Positions 13,258 through 24,755 of a stretch of 64,000 bases of DNA are shown here, piece by piece. The stretch covers positions 224,001 to 288,000 of the forward strand of contig CAWGKG010000012.1 in the NCBI GenBank assembly GCA_963823035.1, in the 5' to 3' direction. The notes beneath the pieces were generated by a model, which was given only the letters and a program-made list of their open reading frames with translations, did not search any database and was not told the DNA's origin. The number at the start of each line of letters is the position of its first letter. The stretch's first letter is position 1. The DNA comes from an uncultured Gemmatimonadales bacterium. GTDB taxonomy: Bacteria > Gemmatimonadota > Gemmatimonadetes > Longimicrobiales > Gaopeijiaceae. A program made the translations under genes and the position numbers.

Positions 13258-14430
13258 GTGCCCATGTCGACCGTTCTCATCGAAGCACGCCCGGCCCTGA
13301 CCACGCTCACCGACCAGGAGCGGATGTTCCAGGAGGCCGTGCGCGACTTCGCGACCTCCGAAGTGGCGCCTCGCGTGATGGAGATGGACCGGACCCAGCA
13401 GATGGATGCCGGGATCGTCCGGCAGCTCTTCGAGCTGGGTCTCATGGGCGTGGAGATCCCCGAGGCGCATGGCGGCACGGGCGCGGACTTCTTCACGTCG
13501 GTGCTGGTCGTGGAGGAGCTGTCCAAGGTCGACCCCTCCATCGGCGTCCTCGTCGACGTGCAGAACACGCTCGTGATCAACGCGGTCCTGCGCTGGGCCT
13601 CGGACGACCTGAAGGCACGCTACTTCCCGCGCCTGGCGGCGGACACCGTGGGCGCCTACGCGCTCTCGGAGGCCGGCAGCGGGTCGGACGCCTTCGCGCT
13701 CTCGTGCCGGGCCACGCAGGACGGTGACGGCTGGCGCCTGAGCGGCCGGAAGATGTGGATCACGAACGGGAAGGAGGCCGGCATCTACATCGTGTTCGCC
13801 TCCGTGGATCCCGACGCCGGATACAAGGGGATCACGGCCTTCGTGGTGGAGCGCGACTTCGAGGGCTTCGAGGTCGGCAAGAAGGAGGACAAGCTCGGCA
13901 TCCGGGCCTCGTCGACCACCGAGCTGCTGCTCGACGGCGTGTTCGTTCCGGCCGGCAACGTGCTCGGGGAGGTGGGGAAGGGATACAAGGTCGCGATCGA
14001 GACGCTGAACGAGGGGCGCATCGGCATCGGCGCGCAGATGATCGGCCTCGCCCAGGGCGCGCTCGACCACACCGTGCGCTACGTGCAGGAGCGGGAGCAG
14101 TTCGGGCGCGCGATCTCGTCCTTCCAGGGGGTGCAATTCCAGCTCGCCGAGATGGCCACGGAGATCGAGGCCGCCCGCCTGCTGGTCTACAACGCCGCCA
14201 GGCTCAAGGACGCCGGTCAGCCCTTCCTCGCCCAGGCCGCGATGGCCAAGCTCTACAGCTCCGAGATGGCCCAGCGCGTCTCCTCGCGGTGCATCGACCT
14301 CTTCGGGGGGTACGGCTTCACCAAGGAGTATCCCGTGGAGAAGCTCTATCGCGACGCGAAGATCGGCACCATCTATGAGGGCACGTCGAACATGCAGAAG
14401 CAGACCATCGCCAAGATGCTGGTGAAGTGA
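13258..14430 (+). CDS. Acyl-CoA dehydrogenase (short/branched-chain type)
   Basis: [56 protein letters not shown]. Confidence 0.96.
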   Translation: MPMSTVLIEARPALTTLTDQERMFQEAVRDFATSEVAPRVMEMDRTQQMDAGIVRQLFELGLMGVEIPEAHGGTGADFFTSVLVVEELSKVDPSIGVLVDVQNTLVINAVLRWASDDLKARYFPRLAADTVGAYALSEAGSGSDAFALSCRATQDGDGWRLSGRKMWITNGKEAGIYIVFASVDPDAGYKGITAFVVERDFEGFEVGKKEDKLGIRASSTTELLLDGVFVPAGNVLGEVGKGYKVAIETLNEGRIGIGAQMIGLAQGALDHTVRYVQEREQFGRAISSFQGVQFQLAEMATEIEAARLLVYNAARLKDAGQPFLAQAAMAKLYSSEMAQRVSSRCIDLFGGYGFTKEYPVEKLYRDAKIGTIYEGTSNMQKQTIAKMLVK

Positions 14431-14467
14431 AGCGTCCAGCCGCGCACCCCGCTCCGGGAGCCCCATC

Positions 14468-14659
14468 GTGCTGACCCTCCTCCCCTCGCTCGCCCTGTTC
14501 ACGTTCGGGATCGGGGAGATGATCCTGGTGCTCGCGGTGATCATGCTCCTCTTCGGCGCGAAGAAGCTCCCCGATCTCGCCAGGGGTCTCGGCCAGGGCA
14601 TCCGGAACTTCAAGGGCGAGCTCAAGCCCCCGGACGACGACTCCGACAAGCCCGAGTGA
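14468..14659 (+). CDS. tatA: Twin-arginine translocase TatA/TatE subunit
   Basis: [39 protein letters not shown]. Confidence 0.95.
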   Translation: MLTLLPSLALFTFGIGEMILVLAVIMLLFGAKKLPDLARGLGQGIRNFKGELKPPDDDSDKPE

Positions 14660-15450
14660 ACGACGCGCTGTCACGGGTGGTCGTCGTCCTCGACCACCCG
14701 AAGGACGTGGTGAACATCGCCGGCGTCATCCGTGTGATGATGAACTTCGGCCTCCCGTCCCTTCGCCTGGTCGAGCCCGACGAGTTCGACGCGTACCGCA
14801 TCGAGGGGATCGCGCACCGCAGCCGAGCCCTCATCGAGGCCACCACGCTGCACCGGACCCTCGAGGACGCGATCGCGGACTGCACCTGGGTGGTGGGCAC
14901 CACCGCGCGCGCCCGCACGGCGGGCCGCAACTACACCCGCCCGGGTGACGTCTCCGAGGAGCTCATCGAGAAGGCCACCGAGGGCCGCGTCGCGATCCTG
15001 TTCGGGCGCGAGGACCGGGGCCTCACGAACGAGGGACTCGACCTCTGTCACGCGGTGGTCATCATCCCCACGGATGCCGAGTTCTCCTCGTTGAACCTCG
15101 CCCAGGCCTGTCTGGTCATGGCGTACGAGACCTTCCTCGCGGCGGAGTCGGCTCCCGCGAAGCTGCCCCGGGGCCGTCGCGCCACCCGCCCACCCACCAC
15201 CGAGGAGCTCGAGCAGACCTACCAGGCGCTCGAAGACGGCCTCGCGGCCATCGAGTTCTACAAGGCGCGCAAGCCGGCCGCCGTGATGCGTACGCTGCGC
15301 ACGCTGATCGCGCGGGCAGAGCCCGATCTGAGGGATGCGCGCCTGCTCGCCGCGGTCGGCTTCGAGGTCGGACACTTCGTGGAGCGCCTCCGCAACGCGT
15401 CGGGGCCCGAGGCGGAGCGAGGTGCCGGGGAGTCGGACGCCGGGGGTTGA
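14656..15450 (+). CDS. SPOUT RNA methyltransferase, TrmJ/LasT-like
   Basis: [50 protein letters not shown]. Confidence 0.9.
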   Translation: MNDALSRVVVVLDHPKDVVNIAGVIRVMMNFGLPSLRLVEPDEFDAYRIEGIAHRSRALIEATTLHRTLEDAIADCTWVVGTTARARTAGRNYTRPGDVSEELIEKATEGRVAILFGREDRGLTNEGLDLCHAVVIIPTDAEFSSLNLAQACLVMAYETFLAAESAPAKLPRGRRATRPPTTEELEQTYQALEDGLAAIEFYKARKPAAVMRTLRTLIARAEPDLRDARLLAAVGFEVGHFVERLRNASGPEAERGAGESDAGG

Positions 15451-15591
15451 GGCGCCCGACGGGAGAGCCCGCCGGCGGGCACGCGGCGGCTTCTTTGGTT
15501 GTTCGCGCCTCGGGCGGCCCGTATCTTGGGGAGACTGGAACATCTGGATTCGCCGCCCGCCTCGGTGGCTGCCCCGGTTGAGCTTTCATCC

Positions 15592-17112
15592 ATGCCCACA
15601 CCCGATGCGCCCTCTGCGCGTTCGAGCGTCGGGGACCGCTACCGGGTCCTCCTCGACATCGGACGTACGCTCGCGGGGACCCTGAGCTCGGAAGACCTCT
15701 ACGCGGCGATCCATCACGAGACGGCTCGCGTGCTGGAGACCGCGGGTTTCTACGTGTCCCTGTACGATCAGGCGCGCGACCTCGCCACCATCGTGTACTT
15801 CGCCGACCGCAGCGAGGTGCAGCGGGCGGCGATCACGTATCGGGGCTCCGACAGCGAGGTCATCCGCTCGCGGCGTCCCGTGCTGGTGCGCGACCGCCTG
15901 GACGATCGCTCGCTCCTCCACCTCGGTGAGGACGAAACCGAGATCACCAGCTCGGCGATCTCGGCGCCCATGATCCACAAGGGCCGCCTTCTCGGGGCGA
16001 TCAGCGCGCAGAGCTTCGAGGCGAACGCATACACCGAGGCGGACATCGAACTGATGCAGGGCATCGCGGATATCGCGGCCGTGGCCGTCGACAACGCGCT
16101 GCACGTCTCGGAGCTCGAGCGACGCCGCCTGGAGGCCGAGCAGATCGAGGAGATCGGGCGCGTGCTCGCGAGCTCGTTGAACCCCTCCGAGGTCCTGGGG
16201 AAGGTCATCTCGGCCGTGAACGACGTGCTCACCGTGGACGGCGCGGCCGTCTGGTTGAGCGACGGCCCGGCCAGCATCGTGATGCGCGTCTCCCAATCGG
16301 GCGGGAAGATCGTGCTTCCCGTGGGGCTGGCCTGGGAGCTCACCGGCGCCCTCGGGGAGCAGCTCCTGGTGGAGCGGAAGCCGTTCGTGGTCGACGACCT
16401 TTCCAGCAACGCCAACGTGCCCGCGCAGCTGCGCGAGCACCTGAAATCCGGCTCCGGCATGGGCGTGCCCCTCGTGGTCGGTGGCCAGGTGAGCGGGGTA
16501 CTGACGGCGGGGAGCAGGAAGCCGCGTCATTTCGCGATGGACGACACGGCCGCGCTGCAGCGGCTGGCGAGCCAGGCGTCCGTGGCGATGGAGAACGCGC
16601 GACTGCACGCCAATCTGCAGGCGCTGTCGCTCACCGACCCCCTCACGGGTCTGCCCAACCGCCGCCGCCTCCAGATCCACCTGGACAAGGAGGTCGCTGC
16701 CGCCCGGCGCGGAAGGCCCATGGTGGTCGTGCTCTTCGACATGAACGACTTCAAGCTGTTCAACGACACCCTGGGCCACGTCGCGGGCGACGACATCCTT
16801 CGCTCCTTCGCGCAGATCCTCGACGAGGAGAACCGCGCGATGAACCTCGTGGCGCGCTACGGCGGCGACGAGTTCGTCTCCATCCTCTCCGATTCCGACA
16901 TGGAGGGGGCGCAACAGTACATCCAGCGCGTGAGCGACCGCGTGGCCAAGGACCCGATCATGGCCCCCAGGGGCGTCACGGTGAGTACGGGCGTCGCCGA
17001 GTTCGACCGCCAGTACATGTCCACCATGGACGACGTGATCCACGCCGCCGACGCCGACATGTACCGCGCCAAGAGCCAGCACAACACCGATCGTCAGGAG
17101 GCGTCCCCCTGA
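15592..17112 (+). CDS. GAF-GAF-GGDEF diguanylate cyclase
   Basis: Two GAF-like segments, then TDPLTGLPNRR, DMNDFKLFNDTLGHVAGD, ARYGGDEF, ADADMYRAK; start uncertain (15499 or 15592). Confidence 0.92.
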   Translation: MPTPDAPSARSSVGDRYRVLLDIGRTLAGTLSSEDLYAAIHHETARVLETAGFYVSLYDQARDLATIVYFADRSEVQRAAITYRGSDSEVIRSRRPVLVRDRLDDRSLLHLGEDETEITSSAISAPMIHKGRLLGAISAQSFEANAYTEADIELMQGIADIAAVAVDNALHVSELERRRLEAEQIEEIGRVLASSLNPSEVLGKVISAVNDVLTVDGAAVWLSDGPASIVMRVSQSGGKIVLPVGLAWELTGALGEQLLVERKPFVVDDLSSNANVPAQLREHLKSGSGMGVPLVVGGQVSGVLTAGSRKPRHFAMDDTAALQRLASQASVAMENARLHANLQALSLTDPLTGLPNRRRLQIHLDKEVAAARRGRPMVVVLFDMNDFKLFNDTLGHVAGDDILRSFAQILDEENRAMNLVARYGGDEFVSILSDSDMEGAQQYIQRVSDRVAKDPIMAPRGVTVSTGVAEFDRQYMSTMDDVIHAADADMYRAKSQHNTDRQEASP

Positions 17113-17131
17113 ACGCTCCGCTTCCCGACGC

Positions 17132-17923
17132 ATGAGCGCCCCCGTGGCACCCGACGAGATCCGCGGGCTCCTCGAGCTCGCGGTCGCCCTGGCGCGCCGT
17201 GCGGGTGACCTCACCCTCCGCTACTACGGGCACCTGGTGGCCTCGGACGCAAAGGGCGACGGCAGCCCGGTGACGATCGCGGACCGCGAGGCGGAGCTGC
17301 TCATCCGGAGCGGGATCGCCGAGCGCCACCCCGACCACGGCGTGCTCGGCGAGGAGTTCGGGGAAGACGATGCGGGCGCGCGCGTCCGCTGGATCCTCGA
17401 CCCCATCGACGCGACGCGCTCGTTCATGCGCGGCGTGCCGCTCTACGGGGTGCTCATCGGCATCGAGGTGGAGGGGGCGCCCGTGGTCGGCGTCGCGCAC
17501 TTCCCCCCGCTCGGCGAGACGGTGGCGGCGGGGCGGGGTCTGGGCTGCACGTGGAACGGCGAACCGTGCCGCGTATCGGACGTGGCGCGCATCGAGGACG
17601 CGCTGGTGCTCACGACCGACGTGGAGCGCGTCCTGTCGAGCACGGAGGACCCGGGGTGGCGCCGCCTCCAGCGGCGCGCCGCGTTCTCCCGCACCTGGGG
17701 TGACTGCTACGGCCACGCCCTGGTGGCGACGGGACGCGCCGAAGTCATGGTGGATCCGGTCATGAAGCCGTGGGACGCCGGCCCGTTCCTGACGATCGCC
17801 ACCGAGTCCGGGGGCCGCTTCACCACCCGCGGGGGCGAGGCCACCATCCACGGCGGGTCGGGCATCAGCACGAACGGTACCCTGCATGCCGAGGTGCTCC
17901 GCGAGTTGACGAGCGTCGGCTGA
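17132..17923 (+). CDS. hisN: Histidinol-phosphatase, inositol monophosphatase family
   Basis: KGDGSPVTIADREAE, GEEFG, WILDPIDATRSFMRGVP, RTWGDCYG, KPWD, ESGGRFT. Confidence 0.85.
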   Translation: MSAPVAPDEIRGLLELAVALARRAGDLTLRYYGHLVASDAKGDGSPVTIADREAELLIRSGIAERHPDHGVLGEEFGEDDAGARVRWILDPIDATRSFMRGVPLYGVLIGIEVEGAPVVGVAHFPPLGETVAAGRGLGCTWNGEPCRVSDVARIEDALVLTTDVERVLSSTEDPGWRRLQRRAAFSRTWGDCYGHALVATGRAEVMVDPVMKPWDAGPFLTIATESGGRFTTRGGEATIHGGSGISTNGTLHAEVLRELTSVG

Positions 17924-17926
17924 GGG

Positions 17927-19142
17927 TCACCCTCCCTTCTCGATCGCGTACGCCCGCACGGACTCCACGTCGAGCTCGTCCTTGTAGACGCCCCAGACGC
18001 GTCGATCCTCGACAGCGTGCGGCTGGAAGCCCTCCGGGGTGCGGAGCGTGGCCACGACCGCGCCGTCCCCGTCGAAGACGAGCCAGGTGCGCGCCGGCAT
18101 TCGTGCCTGGCCCATGACCGCCGGCTGTCCGGGGTAGGAGCCGACCCACACGGCGCCGTGCTCGCCGCCGACCAACTCGCCGTACGCCGGAAGCCGCTCG
18201 GCCATCGGCAGAGCCTCCATCATCGATCGGAGGTGGTCGCGCGCCGCCTCGGGGGCGGCCGCGATCCCCTCCTCGATCCAAGCGGTGTAGTCGGAGAGAA
18301 GGGGCCCTTCGACGCTCCGGTCCCCTTCCGGCCACCGCACGATGCGGCGGAGCGCTCCGTCCAGCCCGTACAAGCGCAGCTCGGTCTCGTCCTGAGTGCC
18401 CACGACCAGCCGTTCAACGGAGATGGCCGCGCAAGTGTGCGCCCCGAAAACCACCAGGCCCATCGCCCTCTCGTTCGCGAACATCTCGTCCCCCGGGAAA
18501 GGTCCGAGCGTTCCTCGGTCCACTCCTTCGGGATCCACGACGTGGGACTCGGCCTCGAGGCGGTAGCGACCTCGCTCGGCTCCGAGGTTCGCCACCGTGA
18601 ACGCCACGAGCCGCCCCGACACCGGGAGCATCCGCGTCCATCCGTCCGTGGTCGGGGGCGACGATCCGACTCAAGTCGACCTCGCGCTCGAAGCCGTGCC
18701 CCAGGCTGAAGATCGACATCCGAAGTCGCTCCGCGTCCCACACCGCCACCGAGTCCACACCCAGGGGCACGACCGAAGCCACCGTCGCGAACTCGCCCGG
18801 ACCCTCGCCCTCCCCACCGAGCACCGCAACCAGGGCGCCGTCGCCTCCGAAGACGAGGACCTGCTGGGGGTTCCCGTTTGCGACCGCGACCCGGCCGCCT
18901 TCCAGTGGGACGACGTCGCCGACCCGGAAGAGGGCCGCGCCCGGACCCTCGCCGACCTTCGCCACCGGCCCGGAGAGCGACCAGCGGGCCGCATCGGCGA
19001 TCGCACCCGGGCTGTTGGTCACGATCGTGACGCCGGCGCTGTCGGCCACCGTGACCCCGGCGGGCCCGGCGGCACCGTCGCCGCAAGCCGTGCCCAACTG
19101 CAGGGCTGCGCCCAGGGCGAGGGCGCGAAGGGTCGCACGCAT
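17927..19142 (-). CDS. Predicted lipoprotein, 6-bladed beta-propeller/NHL-like; frameshift near 18635
   Basis: Lipobox GTAC, DSAGVTIVTN, GGEGEGPGEF, C-terminal VWGVYKDELDVESVRAYAI; ORFs 18414-19142 and 17927-18631 join. Confidence 0.75.
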
Positions 19143-19311
19143 CGGGTCTCCTCGGTTTCTCGTGAGTGGGCATCGAGACCATACGGTCCCTCACCCGATC
19201 TCGCCACGAAAGCTTTCGTAGCACCCCGCGCCCTCTTGCCGTCGGACGGCCGCCCCTGTACTACCGGTGGACTCTTTTGCTCCCCCCTGGCAAGGACACG
19301 CGGGACCCCTC

Positions 19312-20883
19312 GTGAACGCTCTCCCGATCCTCCCGGACGTGCTGGCCTCCCTGGCCGCCGCACCCGCCACCCTGCTCCAGGAGGGCCCGACCGGCCCGAT
19401 CAGCACCACCGACCCGATCTCCCAGGGCATCGTCGCCCTCGTGATCGTCGCCCTGTTCACCATGCTCGCCCGCGAGGCCGCGCACCGCGTCCTGATCGCG
19501 ATGGTCTGCTCCGCCGTGGTCTGGCTGGTCACGTACCTGACGCCCTGGCACCTGATCAGCTTCGACGGGGCCGTGCGCGCGCTCGACATGAACGTCCTGA
19601 TGTTGTTGGCCGGCATGATGGCGGTGGTCGGCGTGCTCAAGTCCACGGGCGCCTTCGAGTGGGCCGTGGCCCGCCTCCTCGTACAGGCGCGCGGGCGGCC
19701 GCGCTTCGCCGCCCGACTCATCACCTGGTTCACGGCCATCACGTCCGCCTTCCTGGACAACGTGACCACCGTGATCTTCGTCACCCCGATGGCCGTGGGG
19801 CTGTCACGCAAGATGCGCCTGTCGCCCGTGGCGCTCCTCCTCCCCATGGTCGCGGCCTCGAACATCGGTGGCACGGCCACGCTCATCGGCGACCCGCCCA
19901 ACGTCATGATCGGCTCGGGAGCGCACCTGAGCTTCCTCGACTTCATCGTGAACCTCACCCCGCCGGTGGTCGTGATGATGGTCGTGATGCAGCTCTGGAT
20001 CTCCTGGTACTTCCGCGAGGAGTACGCCGAGGCTGCCGCCAAGCCCATCCCCGACGAGCCCGACGAGGAGGTGCGGCTCGCCGACCCGGCCCTCTTCCGG
20101 TGGATGATGGCGATCTGCGCCGGCATCCTCGTCGGCTTCCTCACGCACTCGCTCACCGAGACGCCGGTGGCCGTACCGGCGGTGATCGGCGCGGCGTGCG
20201 CGCTGCTCGTGCAGGACCTGATGTACATCCGGACGAACCACCCCACGGCGCACGAGCGGGCGCACGGCGTGCTCGAGGTCATCGAGAAGGACATCGAATG
20301 GCCCACGCTGTCCTTCTTCGTCTTCCTCTTCATCATCGTGGGCGCGGCGGTGGAGACGGGCCTCATCGACTCGATCGCGCGAGGGATGGCCTGGAGCATC
20401 TCCACCGTGCACGGGCGGCTCGGGCTGACGGACGAGGGAACGCTGGCGTTCGCGGCCATCTTCATCTGCTGGCTCTCGGCGGTCCTGTCGGCGTTCGTCG
20501 ACAACATTCCCTACGTCGCGGTGAGCATCCCCATCATCCACCAGCTCATCCCGAGCCTGTCGGGGGACACCAGCGTGCTCTGGTGGGCGCTGGCGCTCGG
20601 CGCGTGCCTCGGCGGCAACGCGACCGTGGTGGGTGCCTCGGCGAACGTCACCACGGTGGGTCTCGCCGAGAAGGACGGTGTGCGGATCGGCTTCCGCGAG
20701 TACAGCCGGTTCGCGGCGCCGATCGCGACGCTCACGATCGTGATCTCGTCGCTCTGGCTGGCCGCCTTCGTCTACATGGGTGAGGACCCGGTCCGCGTCG
20801 CGACCTGGGCGCTCGCCGCCGTCCTCGTCGCCCTGGAGGTGGCGTTCGGCTGGCGGCGGAAGCCCGGCGCCGCGCACGCCTGA
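19312..20883 (+). CDS. ArsB/NhaD superfamily (SLC13-like) permease
   Basis: SAFLDNVTTV, ASNIGGTATLIGDPPNVMIG, SAFVDNIP, LGGNATVVGASANV; many TM helices; start uncertain. Confidence 0.9.
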   Translation: MNALPILPDVLASLAAAPATLLQEGPTGPISTTDPISQGIVALVIVALFTMLAREAAHRVLIAMVCSAVVWLVTYLTPWHLISFDGAVRALDMNVLMLLAGMMAVVGVLKSTGAFEWAVARLLVQARGRPRFAARLITWFTAITSAFLDNVTTVIFVTPMAVGLSRKMRLSPVALLLPMVAASNIGGTATLIGDPPNVMIGSGAHLSFLDFIVNLTPPVVVMMVVMQLWISWYFREEYAEAAAKPIPDEPDEEVRLADPALFRWMMAICAGILVGFLTHSLTETPVAVPAVIGAACALLVQDLMYIRTNHPTAHERAHGVLEVIEKDIEWPTLSFFVFLFIIVGAAVETGLIDSIARGMAWSISTVHGRLGLTDEGTLAFAAIFICWLSAVLSAFVDNIPYVAVSIPIIHQLIPSLSGDTSVLWWALALGACLGGNATVVGASANVTTVGLAEKDGVRIGFREYSRFAAPIATLTIVISSLWLAAFVYMGEDPVRVATWALAAVLVALEVAFGWRRKPGAAHA

Positions 20884-20922
20884 GCACGCGTCACCCGCGA
20901 AGGAGACGGCCGCGGCGGGGTG

Positions 20923-22221
20923 CTAGACCGGCGTGTGCTCGATCTCCAGCGCCTCCGGATCCGTCATTGGCTGCCAGATCTGGATCGCCGGGAAGGTGGA
21001 CAGGAACCAACGGATCGCGGCCAGCCAGAGGCCCAGGAACATGAGCCCGATGAGCGGCTGCCACAGCGGGACGGTCGGATCACCCTCGTGGTAGAACACC
21101 GGCGCGATGAGCACGTAGCGCTCGAGCCAGAGCCCCACGAGCGACACGGTCGCGAACGTGGCGAGCAGGGCCGGCTTCATCTTCGACTTGCGGCCGAGCA
21201 GGCCGGCGAAGGGGATCACGAACAAGAGCACGACCACCAGCGCGCTGACCCGCCCCCACGGCGGGTCCGAGCGGTGGATGACCCACAGCTGCTCCCACGG
21301 CAGCTTGCCGTACCAGATCACGATGTACTGGCCGAAGAAGAGGTAGGTCCAGAACACCGTGAAGGCGAAGCACAGCTTGCCGAGGTCGTGGCGCTGATGC
21401 AGCCCGATCAGGTTCTGGAAGTCCTTGTGCTGCGTGCGCAGGTACAGGCTCCACAGCGTGGTCGACGTGATGCCGCCCAGGAACGCGCCCATGAAGAACC
21501 ACGGGCCGAACATGGTGCTGGCCCAGTGGGGCTCGAGGGTCATCGCCCAGTCGTAGGCCACGATCGTCATCACGACGGCGTAGATCAGCACGAACGCCGG
21601 GGCGATGCGCGTCATGCGCCGATAGCTCTCGACCTCCTCCTGCTCCTGCCCCATCCACCCCTGCGTGAGGCGGTCCCGCCACGTCCTGCGCGTCGGGTCG
21701 GCGCCGTCGGCCTCCGCGAGCAGCCCCATGTCGGGACGCAGCGCGAGATAGACGAAGTAGATGCCGACGCCGAAGAGCACCGCGACACCCACCAGATTCC
21801 GCGAGACCAGGAAGGGAATGTTGAGGTACGCGGCCTTCTTCTGGAGGATCGGATCGTGCGCCATCTCGTCGATCCACGGGAAGTACGACCCGCGGAGCCT
21901 GAGGAGCATGGGCAGCATCAGCACGAAGGCGATCGGCAGGAAGGCCGCGAACGCCTGGCTGACCCGCCGTATGGACCAGTTCCAGTTGGCCTTGGTGATC
22001 CAGGTCGCGACCGCGAGCAGCACGCCGCCGATCGAGATGCTCGTGAAGAACATCCAGTTCGCCACGTACGAGGCCCAGGCCGCCTGCGGGTCCTGCGTCA
22101 GCCGGATCACGAACGAGATCAGGCCGACCAGGAAGAACGTCCCGGTCAGCATGTTCGCGCTCGTCGAGCGGGGGAGATAGCGGACCGCGATGTCGCGCGG
22201 GATGGTGGGACCGTGCGCCAT
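20923..22221 (-). CDS. actF: Alternative complex III subunit ActF (membrane, NrfD-like paralog)
   Basis: KKAAYLNIPF, DWAMTLEPHWASTMFG, HDLGKLCFAFTVFWTYLFFGQYIVIWYGKLP; last gene of the act operon. Confidence 0.9.
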   Translation of the reverse strand: MAHGPTIPRDIAVRYLPRSTSANMLTGTFFLVGLISFVIRLTQDPQAAWASYVANWMFFTSISIGGVLLAVATWITKANWNWSIRRVSQAFAAFLPIAFVLMLPMLLRLRGSYFPWIDEMAHDPILQKKAAYLNIPFLVSRNLVGVAVLFGVGIYFVYLALRPDMGLLAEADGADPTRRTWRDRLTQGWMGQEQEEVESYRRMTRIAPAFVLIYAVVMTIVAYDWAMTLEPHWASTMFGPWFFMGAFLGGITSTTLWSLYLRTQHKDFQNLIGLHQRHDLGKLCFAFTVFWTYLFFGQYIVIWYGKLPWEQLWVIHRSDPPWGRVSALVVVLLFVIPFAGLLGRKSKMKPALLATFATVSLVGLWLERYVLIAPVFYHEGDPTVPLWQPLIGLMFLGLWLAAIRWFLSTFPAIQIWQPMTDPEALEIEHTPV

Positions 22222-22222
22222 C

Positions 22223-22846
22223 TCAGTTCCCTCCCGCCTGGTTGGCGTTGAACTGCGCCTGGAGCGTCCGGATGTAGTTCACGATCCTCCAGCGGTCGAA
22301 CTCGGTCACGCGGTACCCATAGTCCGGCATGAGCCCACGGCCGACGCGGATCATCCCGTAGATGTACGAGTCGGTGTAGCCCTGCACGACCGGGCCGGCG
22401 AGGTCGTACACCGCGACGGTCGGGTGCTTCTGCGCCATCGCGGCCTCCGCGCCGATCCCGGCGAAGCCGTGGCACACGGCGCAGTAGCGCTCGAACATCA
22501 CCTTGCCCCGCGCCAACGAAGCGGAGTCGGGCTCGATCGGGTTGACCAGGGCCTGGATCTTCGCGTTGCCCGTTCCGATCGGCAGCATGTCCTGCTGCGT
22601 CACGGGAATGATCGGCGTGCCGTCCGGCTCACCGAGGTTCCACTCGTCCGGCGCCCCCGGATACGTCCCCGAGGAGAAGGCCACGGAGTTCTCCGGAGCG
22701 GGGCGGGTGTTCTCGTACGGGTCGAAGGAGCGCTGGTCGCGCATGCTTCGCCCGAAGATGAACACCATCGTGTCGTCGAGCGGCTTGCACCCCCCGAGCG
22801 CGGCGACGGCCAGGACCGCCGCGAGGACCCGCACGCCCCTAGCCAT
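22223..22846 (-). CDS. actE: ACIII monoheme cytochrome c lipoprotein ActE
   Basis: Lipobox LGGC, single CAVCH, GRGLMPDY, DRWRIVNYIRTLQ. Confidence 0.9.
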   Translation of the reverse strand: MARGVRVLAAVLAVAALGGCKPLDDTMVFIFGRSMRDQRSFDPYENTRPAPENSVAFSSGTYPGAPDEWNLGEPDGTPIIPVTQQDMLPIGTGNAKIQALVNPIEPDSASLARGKVMFERYCAVCHGFAGIGAEAAMAQKHPTVAVYDLAGPVVQGYTDSYIYGMIRVGRGLMPDYGYRVTEFDRWRIVNYIRTLQAQFNANQAGGN

Positions 22847-23387
22847 GGGCCACCTCCGTCCCCTCGCGGAGCTCGGCCGGCTCCTGCGCCTCCAGGATGC
22901 GTCGGGCCTCGTCCGCCCGCTCGTGCGGCGCCTCCACGTACACGCCGTAGCGGCCGGCGCTGAACTCCGGATCGTAGATCACGCTGGGCTTCACGTTCGG
23001 GAGGCGGCTGTTGATGAACAGTCCGATCACGGTCGCGAGCGCGCCGAACAGCACCGTGAGCTCGAAGGCGATCACCACGTAGGCCGGGATCGACACGATC
23101 GGCTTGCCGCCGACCACGAGCGGCCAGTCCATCGACGCGAACGTCGTGAAGGCGAAGCCGGTGGCCGTGCCCGTCAGCCCGCCCACGAGCGTGAAGACGC
23201 GCACCGGGCTCTGGCCGTAGCCGAGCGCCGCTTCGATGTGGTGCTCGGGGTAGGGCGCGTAGGCCTTCACGGTCTCGAAGCCGGCTTTGCGCAAGCCCTC
23301 GATCGCGTCGACGGTGCTGTCGAGGAACTCGAACGAGGCCAGCAGCCCCGTGTTCTGTCCGCCTCCGGCGGGTCCGGCGGCGCTCAT
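22839..23387 (-). CDS. actD: ACIII subunit ActD (DUF3341)
   Basis: AYAPYP, DWPLVVGGKP, VIAFELTVLFGAL, YDPEFS; ATG at 23387 overlaps the actC stop. Confidence 0.9.
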   Translation of the reverse strand: MSAAGPAGGGQNTGLLASFEFLDSTVDAIEGLRKAGFETVKAYAPYPEHHIEAALGYGQSPVRVFTLVGGLTGTATGFAFTTFASMDWPLVVGGKPIVSIPAYVVIAFELTVLFGALATVIGLFINSRLPNVKPSVIYDPEFSAGRYGVYVEAPHERADEARRILEAQEPAELREGTEVAHG

Positions 23388-24755
23388 CAGTGGGCCTCCT
23401 TGGGCTGCCTGCGCAGGGGCGGGGGCAGTACCTCTTTGAGCTCGGCGATCGCTACCGGAGGAATCAGCCGCGTGAAGAGCAGGAACCAGAAGCTGAACCA
23501 GCAGAAGCTGCCGATCAGGATCCCCATCTCCGTCAACGACGGACGGTAGATCCCCCATGCGTACGGCTCGTACTCGTGGTGCAGAGAAGTCACCACGATC
23601 ACGTACCGCTCGAACCACATCCCGATGTTCACGAAGATCGAGATGACGAAGAGCGCGGGAATCGAGTGACGCACGCGCTTGAACCAGAGCATGAGGGGCA
23701 CCAGACCGTTGCAGGTGAGCATGATCCAGGTGGCCCACCAGTACGTCCCGAAGAGGCGGTTCCAGAAGGACGCCCGCTCGATCGCTTCACCGCTGTACCA
23801 CGCGGTGAAGAACTCGGTCAGGTACGCGTAGAGCACGATCAGCGACGTCAGGAGGCAGAGCTTGGCCATGGCGTCGAAGTGCTTGATCGTGACGTACTTC
23901 TCGAAGTGGAAGATCTTCCGCAACGGGACGATGAGGGTGATCACCATCGCCACGCCCGAGTAGATGGCGCCGGCCACGAAGTAGGGCGCGAAGATCGTCG
24001 CGTGCCACCCCGGCACGATGCCCATCGCGAAGTCCCAGGACACCACGGAGTGCACGGAAAGCACCAGCGGCGCGGCCAGCGCGGCGAGGAAGATGTACGC
24101 CTTGCCGAAGTGGTGCCACTGGCTGTCCGTACCCCGCCAACCGAGGCTGATCACGTTGTACAGCTTCTTGCGCAGCCCCGATGGCCCGGTCGCGCGCGGC
24201 GGCCAGGTCGGGCACCGAGCCCAGGAAGAAGAACACCGCGGACACCGTGAAGTAGGTGGTCACGGCGAACACGTCCCACACCAGCGGCGACTTGAAGTTC
24301 GGCCACAGGAAGCGGGAGTTCGGATAGGGGATCAGCCAGTACGCGTGCCAGACGCGGCCGACGTGGATGAGCGGGAAGAGGCCCGCGGTCATCACCGCGA
24401 ACACCGTCATCGCCTCTGCGGTCCGGTAGATCGACTGCCGCCAGGGCGCGCGGAAGAGGAAGAGGATGGCGGAGATCAGCGTGCCCGAGTGCGCGATGCC
24501 GACCCAGAACACGAAGCTCGTGATGTACACGCCCCATCCCACCGGGGCGTTCAGGCCGCTCACGCCGATGCCCTGGTAGAGCTGCCAACCCCAGGAGGTG
24601 AAGAACAGGCCGACGCCGGCGGCCGCGAGCGTGAAGAGCGCCCACCAGCCCTTCCCCGGTCGGCTGAGCGCGACGAGGACGTCGGTGTTGACCTCGGCGA
24701 GGGTCTCGACGTCCGGGTGGGTGAGCGCGCCGCGCTCCTTCGTCGCCGTGGCCAT
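23387..24755 (-). CDS. actC: ACIII quinol-oxidising subunit ActC (NrfD/PsrC family); frameshift near 24180
   Basis: [73 protein letters not shown]. Confidence 0.95.

Noticed and set aside
15467..15480. Palindrome GCCCGCCGGCGGGC after the TrmJ-like gene
   Set aside because: A GC-only palindrome is expected by chance in this base composition; terminator geometry is unconvincing
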